A stretch of 60,389 nt of DNA, taken from the NCBI GenBank assembly GCA_030295235.1, contig AP026133.1, positions 1,302,001 through 1,362,389 on the forward strand. Reading direction: 5' to 3'. Every line of letters starts with the position of its first letter. Position 1 is the stretch's first letter. The stretch is from Fistulifera solaris. Lineage: Eukaryota. This document shows positions 23,270 to 33,230 of the stretch, piece after piece. Both the position numbers and the translations under genes were made by a program. A model generated the notes under the pieces. The model was given only the letters and a program-made list of their open reading frames with translations, was not told where the DNA came from and searched no databases.

Positions 23270-24223
23270 ATGACACCGCAGTCAGACAACAGAGGTACAA
23301 AACGGAAAAACAAAAGCCGATACGTTCCTCATTGCAATCCTCCGCGCGGCGCGGCTGGTATTTTGTTGACTTGCGAGCAACGACGAGAAGGCAAATGTCG
23401 TCGAGAAGGACTCGAAATCCTGAAATATTACTCGGAGCAAAGCTTTCCCTCTGCTAGTAATGCAAAACATGAAGAGAAACTGAGTCTCGACGATGAACTG
23501 AAAGCGTTGAAGAACAAAAAGACAGGAGAGAAAGCGTTCTTTTCTCAATTCGAGACTGGTTGTAAAGGCACTGTTTTGTTTTTGTTTCACCCACAACAAG
23601 AATCAGAGGAAACAAAAGGCAGTAAGGAAAAGGGAGAAACTGAATCAAGCGAGGAACCAGCCAAGAGACAGCGCGTAGAAACGACCTCGTTTGTTTGCGA
23701 TGCTGTGCTTGATAAAGTGGAACCTTTACCGTTCGATCCAGTCGAAATGGTCACACACATACTTCGCGACATACTCGACAAAACGCCACAAAGCAAAGGA
23801 CTCGGTATACCAGGATCGCGATTTGTGACCCGAATTATACCGTTGCAAGTTACTTGCTCCGTGTCTCTAGAGGAAATTGCGACGACGGTTGCGAACTTGA
23901 CCGAGCGCTTTCTACAAGCCATGCCGAAGGAACAGAAAATGGCACTTCAAACGTTTGCGGTACAAATCAAAAGGAGAAACTGCAGTCATGTAAAACGGAT
24001 GGATATGATTGTGGCTGTGGCCGATCAGGTGGCCAAGACCGCCAACGAGTTGTTACAGCAAGATTGGCGAGTGGATTTGACGAGTCCGGATGTCACCGTT
24101 TGGGTCGAAGTGTGTAAATCCATTTGCGGAATCTCAGTGTTCTCGAAAGAAACACTCAAACTTGCTCCCAATTGGAATATCGCCGAACTGCGGGGTGAGA
24201 GCGCCGTGGATGACAATGTGTAG
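23270..24223 (+). CDS. THUMPD1: THUMP domain protein (Tan1/THUMPD1-like tRNA ac4C adaptor)
   Basis: GILLTCEQRREGKC, SLDDELKAL, SRFVTRIIPLQVTC, FAVQIKRRN and VDLTSPDVTVWVEVCKSICGISV. Confidence 0.85.
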   Translation: MTPQSDNRGTKRKNKSRYVPHCNPPRGAAGILLTCEQRREGKCRREGLEILKYYSEQSFPSASNAKHEEKLSLDDELKALKNKKTGEKAFFSQFETGCKGTVLFLFHPQQESEETKGSKEKGETESSEEPAKRQRVETTSFVCDAVLDKVEPLPFDPVEMVTHILRDILDKTPQSKGLGIPGSRFVTRIIPLQVTCSVSLEEIATTVANLTERFLQAMPKEQKMALQTFAVQIKRRNCSHVKRMDMIVAVADQVAKTANELLQQDWRVDLTSPDVTVWVEVCKSICGISVFSKETLKLAPNWNIAELRGESAVDDNV

Positions 24224-24365
24224 TCGGTGTAGTTTCACACACCAAGTAGACAGTATTGAGCATTCTAAACCAAGGAATTTGCTGTAGATACGACTTCCTT
24301 GTCACGCTCATTTAAATCCTGCTTTATAAAGCGGTAATAGCACTTACTTAGCAACCTAATTTGTC

Positions 24366-25118
24366 CTAATCGTAGAAACCCAATGTCTGCATGGCCATCA
24401 AGAATTGTATCGATCGGGACCGTTTGGCAATTTCAATTGCGGTAGAATCCGCCCCGTCGATACGAGTATTAGGGTCGACACCCGCTCGTGCTAAAGCTTC
24501 ACCTCCAATGGCGAGATTGTTGGATGCCATACGATGCATAGGAGTGTACCCGTACGTATCTTGTGCGTGCAGATCCGCTCCGGCATCGATCAGTGCTTGT
24601 GTGCACAGCTGGCCTTTCTGACTCATGCCACACATGTGCAAAGGACGTGCACCGCCGGTACTGATTTCTTCGCGCAATTCAGGATAATCGGCAAGAATGG
24701 CTTTTACTTTTTCGGGGCCCGCATGAATGGCGCGTGACATGAGGGAATATCCACGGCCGTCGTATACGGGGCCCAGTCGATGATTATGATTTTGATATTG
24801 TTGCCCAATTACGATGGTGCCGTCTTCGTAGCGTTCTACGGAACCTCCATAAATGCCGGGTCCGACGGTATCGGCATAAGGATCGAATCCTTCTGGGTTG
24901 GTTTCGCCGGGAAGACCATACTTTTCGGCCATTCCGGGGGCGTATGGATCATGAGTAATGCGCACTCCGTCCGCACGATAGTATTCATTCTCTTGTTTCT
25001 GCGCCATGGCCAAGACAGTAAAGGCAAAGTTTCGTGATGAGCAGAAGGAAGTCAGTGAAAAAACGGGCAAAACGCTAAAAGTGACGAGAGAAGAAACGGA
25101 GATGAATTTCAGTCTCAT
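24366..25118 (-). CDS. Ankyrin-repeat protein with N-terminal targeting peptide
   Basis: GARPLHMCG..LIDAGADLHAQDTYGYTPMHRMA..LARAGVDPN. Confidence 0.8.
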   Translation of the reverse strand: MRLKFISVSSLVTFSVLPVFSLTSFCSSRNFAFTVLAMAQKQENEYYRADGVRITHDPYAPGMAEKYGLPGETNPEGFDPYADTVGPGIYGGSVERYEDGTIVIGQQYQNHNHRLGPVYDGRGYSLMSRAIHAGPEKVKAILADYPELREEISTGGARPLHMCGMSQKGQLCTQALIDAGADLHAQDTYGYTPMHRMASNNLAIGGEALARAGVDPNTRIDGADSTAIEIAKRSRSIQFLMAMQTLGFYD

Positions 25119-25294
25119 CGTTGCAGCAAAAAGCCGTAAAAGTCAAAACATGCCAGTCGCTAGTCTTGCAGACCGCTCCGAAGAAGGATTTCGAATAGCA
25201 AAAATGCAGGAAAGGACCGCAGAGTTTATGTGAGTCAGCGTCGTCAAATAAATAATAAAAAGAGAACCAATCGAAGAGCTGCGTTTACGGCCAA

Positions 25295-25558
25295 ATTTTC
25301 TGGGTACGTAAAAACACCACACGACACGCCCATATTTTCCGGGTACGTCAAAACACCACTCTCCCGTATTTTCTGGGTACGTGAAAACACCACACCCCCA
25401 TATTCTCTGGGTACGTGAAAACACCACACTCCCATATTTTCTGGATACGTGAAAACACCACACGCCCATATTTTCCGGGTGCGTGAAAACACCACACGCC
25501 CATATTCTCTGGGTACGTGAAAACACCACACTCCCATATTTTCAGGGTACGTGAAAAC
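25295..25558. repeat. 34-bp minisatellite, 8 units
   Basis: Consensus GGGTACGTGAAAACACCACACKCCCATATTTTCY with cores at 25302, 25341, 25375, 25409, 25443, 25477, 25511 and 25545. Confidence 0.95.
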
Positions 25559-25844
25559 GTTTTTATTAAAATAGCATTTGCATTGCTGGAAACGATATTT
25601 TTTGCGTCAAAAGAATTGCGTCGTTTGAAATGCTTGGCCTTACAGACCTTTGTGCTAAAAGGTTAATGTGTTGCCTACATGGTACGGTACCCCTCGCCAT
25701 TAGCTTCGACCGCAACATGCCTACCGAATTGGACTCGTCTAGTCTCTCGTCTCTCAGTTTTCTCAATGCAAATAGTACCTACGATGCTGTGACTATCATT
25801 GAACACTACGTAAATGATACAAATTTCGACGCCGACAGTGCAAT

Positions 25845-27026
25845 CTACGAACGATTCCGGTACACACTGAGTGAGTAAGGGGTGCCTTTTCGGGGTCTTT
25901 TCCGAGGAACATGCTGTGCCATTTCCGGAATAAATGGGCGAACATGAGTGGACACTGTTTTGGCCGTTTGCACTTCCATAGCATTGGGAAGAGATGCCGC
26001 TCTTGAGGCTTTTTCATTTTCCTTGTTATGTGGCAAATGTTCGGGCGGCACATTCAGTGAAAGTTCCCTGTGCACATTGCTCGATTCCCCTCCCAAAGCA
26101 ACCACGGTAGATGCCGTTCCTATTGATTTCAAATTGCTCTCCTTGTGCGCTGAATGCGCAGACGATGCACTGTTCGACTTTTCGTATTGCGTGTCGTGTT
26201 CAGCTACTTCAATTGTTGCGAGCACTGCATGTTCATGGTTACGGCGTGGATCATCATATTGCATCATCGGCGCCGTAGGAACCCCTGCTTCGAACGCCAT
26301 TTCATTCCTCTCATGGGTTGCTAAACGTTTACAAGGCAAGTTGCTTGAGTAATGCCGCGGCTCATTGTGCTTGGCTATGTCGATCATGGGCACCTTTGCT
26401 TGATCATCACGCTGTAACATTGTTTCCGAAGGTGCCTTTGCGTCTAGTGCTATTTCATTCACCTCAATGTGCGTTAAACGTTCGGAAGAGACGTCACGTG
26501 TCTTGTGCCATGGTACAGTGAGTTTGGTGCCGTCATCCGCCAGGATATGCTCATCACCATCATCATCGCATTGCAACATCGCCGGTGAAATGCCCTTGTC
26601 ACACTGCGTAAGAGGGATCTCGGTTCCACGGAATGAAGCTGCTTTGTTTTCAATGGCATAGAAGTCAGTCAGACATGCTTTAGTCGCTTGGTTTGGATTC
26701 GAAGCAGTCCTCTGCATTTCGTCGTCATCCTCGTTTTTTATCCAAACAAATCCTATATCATGCAATACCTTCTCCCGATCTTGCCGCAACTTTCCTTTAT
26801 GCTGCAAGCCACGTTGTTTTGCCATCCATCGAACCAATACATCGTCTTTGTAATAAAACGATATGTTGCTGTGCCCGTTCTCATTTTCGAACGCCTCGAT
26901 TTTTCGATATTCTTTCATCCAGATTTGATCGATGAGGGTGCGCTCCAATCGAACGTCCGAAATTTCCAAGTCGGCATTCGTCATTGCCGCATTATTTTTT
27001 CCTTCGTTGAATGATATTATATTCAT
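25845..27026 (-). CDS. Helicase-associated (HA) domain protein
   Basis: WMKEYRKIEAFENENGHSNI..LVRWMAKQR..LRQDREKVLHDIGFVW fits the HA pattern W..L..F...GH..V..L..WV..QR..R...L..IGF.W. Confidence 0.8.
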   Translation of the reverse strand: MNIISFNEGKNNAAMTNADLEISDVRLERTLIDQIWMKEYRKIEAFENENGHSNISFYYKDDVLVRWMAKQRGLQHKGKLRQDREKVLHDIGFVWIKNEDDDEMQRTASNPNQATKACLTDFYAIENKAASFRGTEIPLTQCDKGISPAMLQCDDDGDEHILADDGTKLTVPWHKTRDVSSERLTHIEVNEIALDAKAPSETMLQRDDQAKVPMIDIAKHNEPRHYSSNLPCKRLATHERNEMAFEAGVPTAPMMQYDDPRRNHEHAVLATIEVAEHDTQYEKSNSASSAHSAHKESNLKSIGTASTVVALGGESSNVHRELSLNVPPEHLPHNKENEKASRAASLPNAMEVQTAKTVSTHVRPFIPEMAQHVPRKRPRKGTPYSLSVYRNRS

Positions 27027-28469
27027 GCTGCTTGGATGATGATTCTTTGACGCCAGGAGAGTAAAAGCGCTATTTCAAGTCCCGTTCGACCCGACCTGTG
27101 ATTGTATCAATTCGGTTGAGAAAGACGACGTATCTTTCGGCTTTTGTCGATTCTTCAACGACAAGGATGATGTTCTTACGAGCAGCAATAAATGCTATTA
27201 CTACGTTCATCAATCATTCCGGGACAAGTGAGTGATTTGCGACAAACATTCGACACGAATGTGTGAATTTCTCTCGTTGTGCATGAAGTTTAACAAGGAG
27301 AACGCTTTTTGCAGTACAGGTACCGTTACCTGGTACCAGTACCAGTACCGGTACCGGTAGTCGTGAAAAATGAAATGGCTCAAATTATCAACATTACTGT
27401 GGTCGCAAGTGTGGTCTCAACTTTACCAAGACAGCTTTCAGTCATGAAACCATATTGTTATACACTTTGTACAGTATTGCGATTATTAATTACCTGCCTC
27501 TTCTTCTGGAGGAACGGGTGTGACTTCTTGTTTATCAGCAAACGAGCAAGCAAGGCTGGTACAAAGTATGTTGAGTGTTCAGTAATGATTGACGTCGAGT
27601 TTGCGTTCCAAAGATAGTCACACCCGTTTACAGAACATTGGAAAGACACAACGCTTTGAATGTCTGCGTAGTTTACACGTAGCCACAACAAGGAAAATTA
27701 TTGATTGAGGGGATACCCGGATATCATGCATTTTGGTCATCCACGCTCATCGCAGTAAGTCTTTACGTTGACCAAGCTCATAAGGTCATTCGAACCGAAT
27801 CAAAATGAACTACTTCGCTCTGCGTATCTAATTGCTTTACAGAAAACTTCAGCAGTATCACGTCTTCGTTCCGCTAGGCACGCCATTCGTTCGCAGAATG
27901 CAAATTAAGGCGCGTTGCCGTCGCGTCTTTCATCTCCTTCGAAAGTCGAAAGAGCCCTTCTTTCCACGTGCTTGGCTCTTGATTATCGCGCAGATATGTT
28001 CTGCAGTTCCAAAGATTTGTGCGATATGCAGTTCGATCCGCGAAAGCGTTCAGAGACTTCATATTGATTTGTTTCCAATACAAATGTGATTTGAGATCAG
28101 TGTACACACTGCGGTGTCGTGGTCACCTGCGCCGTGCTTTGTTGTGACAAAGGATGGAAGTGTTGATGAGTGACGCGCTGTAATTGATTCATTTACGACA
28201 GGACCGAGATTCTTGTAACTTGCGATTGTTGCGTGCAAAACCATGTCGAATCATCGCGTTCATTAGATGAATGAGTCCTGCTATCAAGCTTCTCTTTCCT
28301 TTACACGGAGAGACTGTAGCAAGTGGTTTAGACCCATCACTACGGTATGTATTTTTTTAAAGGAGACAAACGGATGCTTGACTTCTCTTTGGTGCACTGT
28401 CAACTAATTATGGGAAATCAAGTAATACTTTTCTGGAGAAAAAGAGTCTTCATCAACCTCCTTCGTATG

Positions 28470-28790
28470 CTACATTTCGCGATTAGGCTTGCCCGCAGCG
28501 TACATGCGTTTGTCAGCATTTAGTGAGAAAGGGGTGCTTCTTTGCGGGTTTTCGGCAGCAGGCTGAAAAGCATCAACTGAAACAGACAACGTTTCAGTCT
28601 CTGTTGTTCCAGTTGAACTAAGATCAGCCTCTCTTGGTCGTTTCACCAAATTTTGTTCATACTGTGCTAGACGCTCGACTGGCAAGGCGTGTTCGACTAC
28701 ACGAAGTCTCTTCATCATCTTCTTCCCTGATCCAGATGAAAACCAAATCATGCAAGAGCTTCTCGCGATCTTTCTGCAGCGTGCCTACTT
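28470..28790 (-). pseudogene. Truncated relic paralog of the HA-domain gene
   Basis: Minus strand 28705-28786 reads GTLQKDREKLLHDLVFIWIREEDDEET versus GKLRQDREKVLHDIGFVWIKNEDDDEM in the intact gene; no 5' half. Confidence 0.65.
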
Positions 28791-28890
28791 GCTCTTCAGT
28801 AAAGTCAACAGACAACAGCACCAACCAAGCGGCAACGGTGTTTTAAATGTCAATAAGTCACTCTTTGAACTTTAATTATTGCTACCATGC

Positions 28891-29885
28891 TTAAGTTTCC
28901 TCCACACTTTCTTCCGAGATAGACTTGGTCAAGGCAACAAAGTCTTCCGGTGTCAGTTCTTCTGGTCGCTGCACTGCCCATTCCTCGGATAGTTCTACTT
29001 CTTCCTTGACAAAGTTTCTTAAACTATTCCGTAATGTTTTTCGGCGTTCTTGAAATGCTGTCGTAACCACTCGGCGCAATTGCACGGGTGCGACTCCCTG
29101 TAATCTTTCACGCAAAAGAGATGGTGAATAAAAATGCAAGCCAATCAATGCCGAATCGACCGCTGGTTTCGGATAAAATACAGTAGGCGGTATTTTGAAG
29201 TGACAGACAACTTCTGCGTATAGCTGAAAGACCACTGACAGAATGCCATAGTCTTTCGTCTTCGGTTTGGCGATCATACGCTGACCGACTTCCCATTGCA
29301 TTGTAACAGTGGCACTCGAAACAGCTCCGACATGTGCTGCATCCGCCAAGGCAAACAAAATTTGGGATGTAATGTAATACGGTAAATTGCCAATAACGAC
29401 CAGTGGTCGCTCGACCGCCATTTCGGGATAATCGACCTGTAATACATCGGCATGATTTTCAATGTCGGATGCTTCTGTTCTAGTAACTGAATAGATCGTT
29501 CATCAATTTCTATGCAATGTAGATGACTTGCGCCGTAGACTTCGACGAGTTTGTCAGTCAATGCGCCAGCGCCCGGTCCTAGCTCGACAATTTCTTCAAC
29601 AGTTGGTTGGTAGCGACTGGCGTCTTGATGAAAGGCGCGAACAATCTTAGCGACAGTATTCGGATCCTTCAAGTAATTTTGTCCGAGTGATTGCTTGGGT
29701 CGGTATGTTCCCGAGGGAAGTTGAGGCGTTGCCGATGCTTGTATCACGACAGATGTCGATGCCTGATAATTCGGGTCGTCTTCTTCCCATTCCCATTCGC
29801 CGTCTTGATCTTGCACCCATCCATTTACAGCAAAATTGAATTGTCGTTTTGAGCTGATAATAGTATTGTGAATATGTGTAGTCAA
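28891..29885 (-). CDS. rsmA: 16S/18S rRNA adenine dimethyltransferase (KsgA/RsmA/Dim1 family); frameshift at ~29455, start uncertain
   Basis: PKQSLGQNYL, VELGPGAGALT, IEIDER, VIGNLPYYITS, FYPKPAVDSA and AFQERRKTLRNSL. Confidence 0.9.
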
Positions 29886-30506
29886 CGGCCTTTCTAGAAA
29901 ACACTCTACGCGAGCATATTCTGCGAATAGAAGGACACCAAATATCTACGTGTATTTTACGTAGCCCTGGTAGGGAAAACTATTTACCCCACATTTTGAA
30001 CGACAGAGGGGATACCCGGATACCCGGATATAATATGGAGATCACACCGTTTCAAGGGTCCGCTATGTGTTAATGTAACCATCCTGTTAACCTCAACAAC
30101 ATGATACAATAAGCAAAGTGAAGTGACATCATTTTTTGGTAAAAATTTCAAACATTCAACACTTCGAAAGTCTACGCATTTCCACGTTGCCCTCCTAAGG
30201 AAAAATATTGACAGATCGGTACCCGGATACTACAAAGTTTTGGTATTCGAGATTCGTGTCATTTAAAGCGTCAATAGCCTATAGTTTACCTATACCTCAT
30301 TGAGCCTTTTGAGCAGCAATATATGGTATCACTCAAATTCCAATAAGCAAAATAAAATGTGCAGATGCAACACTTCGAAAGCCTACGAGAGTTTCACGTT
30401 GGCCTCATCTTCGTTCAAAAAATGTTGCTAGGAAACTTGTCAAAAGGTTGTCGCAAGTGTGAATCGAACACACGACCTTCAGATGGACTAATCTTATGTA
30501 CTGCTT

Positions 30507-30538
<32 letters not shown>

Positions 30539-31736
30539 TGCGACCACAACCGCTTTGCCAAGTTACCAACTAAACTTAGCTCGATTGTTACTCTCACGTC
30601 AATAACATTTTATATATAATGATAAAATTAAATCTTGAAGCTGGACTTTCGCTTTAGCGTTTTATGTCGAATTCTGGGAACGGCGTTAAAAATCTGCCTC
30701 ATCGTAGACGCTACGTAGAATGTTGTACTGGGAGGCAGAATTTTAACGTCCGTCCCTGTAACATCCATCGCTGAACAAAACTCCCCCTCCTGCGTTTCAA
30801 AAGAAAGCGTTTGTGGTTTTTTGTGTACCTGGTAGGAGCGCGCAGCCCAAAAAAGTCCGCGAAAAAGGCGGGAAAACCGGATGCAAGGACCCCGTGTAAA
30901 AACACGCGATAGCAAAAAACTCTACGAGCCAACGGGGGTTGTATGTTGTATGCTTCAATTTCGGCCCTACGGTACCTGGTACTGTACCAGGTAAAAATGC
31001 ATCCTTACTCGGTGCTTAACATGAAAACAACAAGCGCATCGCGTGTGACATTTGACGGTACTGCAATTTTGTCGACGAAAAAAATGAAGCAGGCATTTGT
31101 AGCTATAGGCATGACTGCAATGAGCAACGACGTTGTGCCACTCATCAATAAGCTATAATTGCTGTCTTCGTACCTAAATATTATAGTCAAGCTAACCATC
31201 AAATGTGAGGCCGAAGGGAATTACTGTACGGATGATTTCCAAGCACTACATCGGCATTTACTATAGCGAAGAGTGCTGTCACAGCCCGACTGATGACTGA
31301 TCCAAACTAGTCTTTCTCTGGTCCGGTCGGTTAGTATGCTTCTTTGGAATCCAAGAGAAGGAATGCCAAGACGGTCTCCCCCTCATTGGGAAACGGGCTC
31401 TGGACTTGCCCTCTACTAGCACTAGAGCTAGAGCTAGAACCAGAGCCTACTCTGCGAAGTGCCAGATTGGAATATATGTGACGAAATGAAACGAAAAATG
31501 GAAAATTCAGTCGAATGTCAAAATAACAACATATATATACTAATATTTATTCCTAATGTCGAATCTCAAAATTACATTCTGACTTTAGGAAATTAGGAAT
31601 AAATATTTTAGTGTTATTGTTTTATCAAAAAACTTACCAGGTACAGTCCCGAAGCGGTTCGTCCGCATTATCCGCATTCCGAGTGCGCATGTCGCCTTCA
31701 ACTGCGGAGTAACCGAGTACTGTACCCCGTCGGTGT

Positions 31737-32071
31737 TAGACCTCTGTCCGTTCCCAGTTCACTCCAACAGGGAGGGAGTGAACAGGGATTTTGATCGAAC
31801 AAGGAGTGAACTGGGAGCATTCCCTGTACAAATTAATGAGTCCCGTTTACGAAATATGGTAGTCAGTCCCTAATCCTTTACGCATTAACAGTTCTCAGAT
31901 TTTCTTTTGATTTACCGCGCAAACAAAGGAATAAAGGTCTCTGAGTGCAGGTCAGACGTCCACCCACTCATTCCCTGTTAAACAGGGAATTGGGAAAATG
32001 AACGAGGAAGGGAATTGAACTGGGATTCCAGTTGGGAATTCCCTGTTAAACGGAGAACGGACAGAGGTCTA
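31737..32071. mobile_element. Non-autonomous hAT-type MITE, 335 bp
   Basis: Perfect 17-bp TIRs TAGACCTCTGTCCGTTC (31737-31753) / GAACGGACAGAGGTCTA (32055-32071); 8-bp TSD GTCGGTGT at 31729-31736 and 32072-32079; internal AACAGGGA/TCCCTGT and AACTGGGA/TCCCAGTT repeats. Confidence 0.92.
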
Positions 32072-32153
32072 GTCGGTGTGCTGTTTGCTTGCATCAGCTC
32101 AATGATCTAGCAATTCCAAATCGCTGGTTACAAACATAATATCCATTAATAAC

Positions 32154-33084
32154 ATGAGCGACTTGAGCACCGTACAGTTGCTAAAGCAGCGCTTACAGAA
32201 AGTAGTAGATCAAAAGAAAGATGAATGGGAGGACGATGCGATCGTTGACTCTTGTAAAGATTGCCTCGACAGATTAGATGGAGTTGACATGACACTCGCG
32301 TTACTGACAGATACGTTGATAGGTGCTTCTGTCGCCAAGTTTAAAAATCATCCACAGCTAGGCGATACGGCCAAGAAATTGATCGCGAAATGGAAAATAT
32401 TAGCCAAAAAGTTGGAAGCAACACAACCAGCAGCCACAAAAGCGAAAGTAAATGGAAAGGCAATTCGACGAGAGAGCACAAATAGTCTCACAGACGCAGC
32501 GACTAAAGAAATTACAGAAAAGTTGTCTGATCTGCCTCCACATCGACAAAGTATCTGTCAAAAGCTTTTCGAACTGCTCGAACTCGCCAAATCGCATTTA
32601 GATGAAATGTCAGTCGAAGCCATACGAGAGGCTATCGCGCACACTGCCGTAGACGTAGAAGCTGCTATTCACGACAATAACGATAAGGACCGCAAAGCAT
32701 ATTCCGATAAGGCTCGCTCGATTGCCTTTAACTTAAAAAAAGAATCAGCAATTGGCAGTGGATCTCATTTTTGGGTCGACATCTCCAGACGAGCTTGCAC
32801 ACATGTCCCCAGAACAGCTGGCCAGCGCGGATCAACGCCAAGCGCGAGAAGAACAGGCCAAAAAGCTCACCGACTCGCGAAGATTGGATTGGGAAGTAGC
32901 GAACGAGGCAAAAATCAATGAAATGTGTGGTATCAAGGGTGATCTACTGAAAGCGAGTTTATTTACTTGCGGTCGATGTAAATCGACAAAAACTACATCG
33001 ACTCAGAAGCAAACGCGGAGTGCTGATGAGCCGATGACTGTCTTTGTTCTTTGTATGAATTGTGGCAACAGATGGAAATGTTAA
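32154..33084 (+). CDS. TFIIS: Transcription elongation factor TFIIS (frameshift in the A-run at ~32740)
   Basis: N-terminal LW domain (AKKLIAKWK), KARSIAFNLK and zinc ribbon CGRCKS..QTRSADEPMTVFVLCMNCGNRWK. Confidence 0.95.
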
Positions 33085-33230
33085 ACAATGTTGACGCTGG
33101 TGTAGGAGCGATGGGATTACGTCATCCACACTCCACACAAGTAAAGTTGCGTAAGAATTTGCCATTGATGGCCTAGTTGTAAGGTACAAATCAAGTTGTG
33201 CATCTATTGTATTAAAATACGAAAGCATCA

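Noticed and set aside
25295..25558. 34-bp array as a CRISPR array
   Set aside because: Units are contiguous with no unique spacers, there are no cas genes, and the context is eukaryotic.
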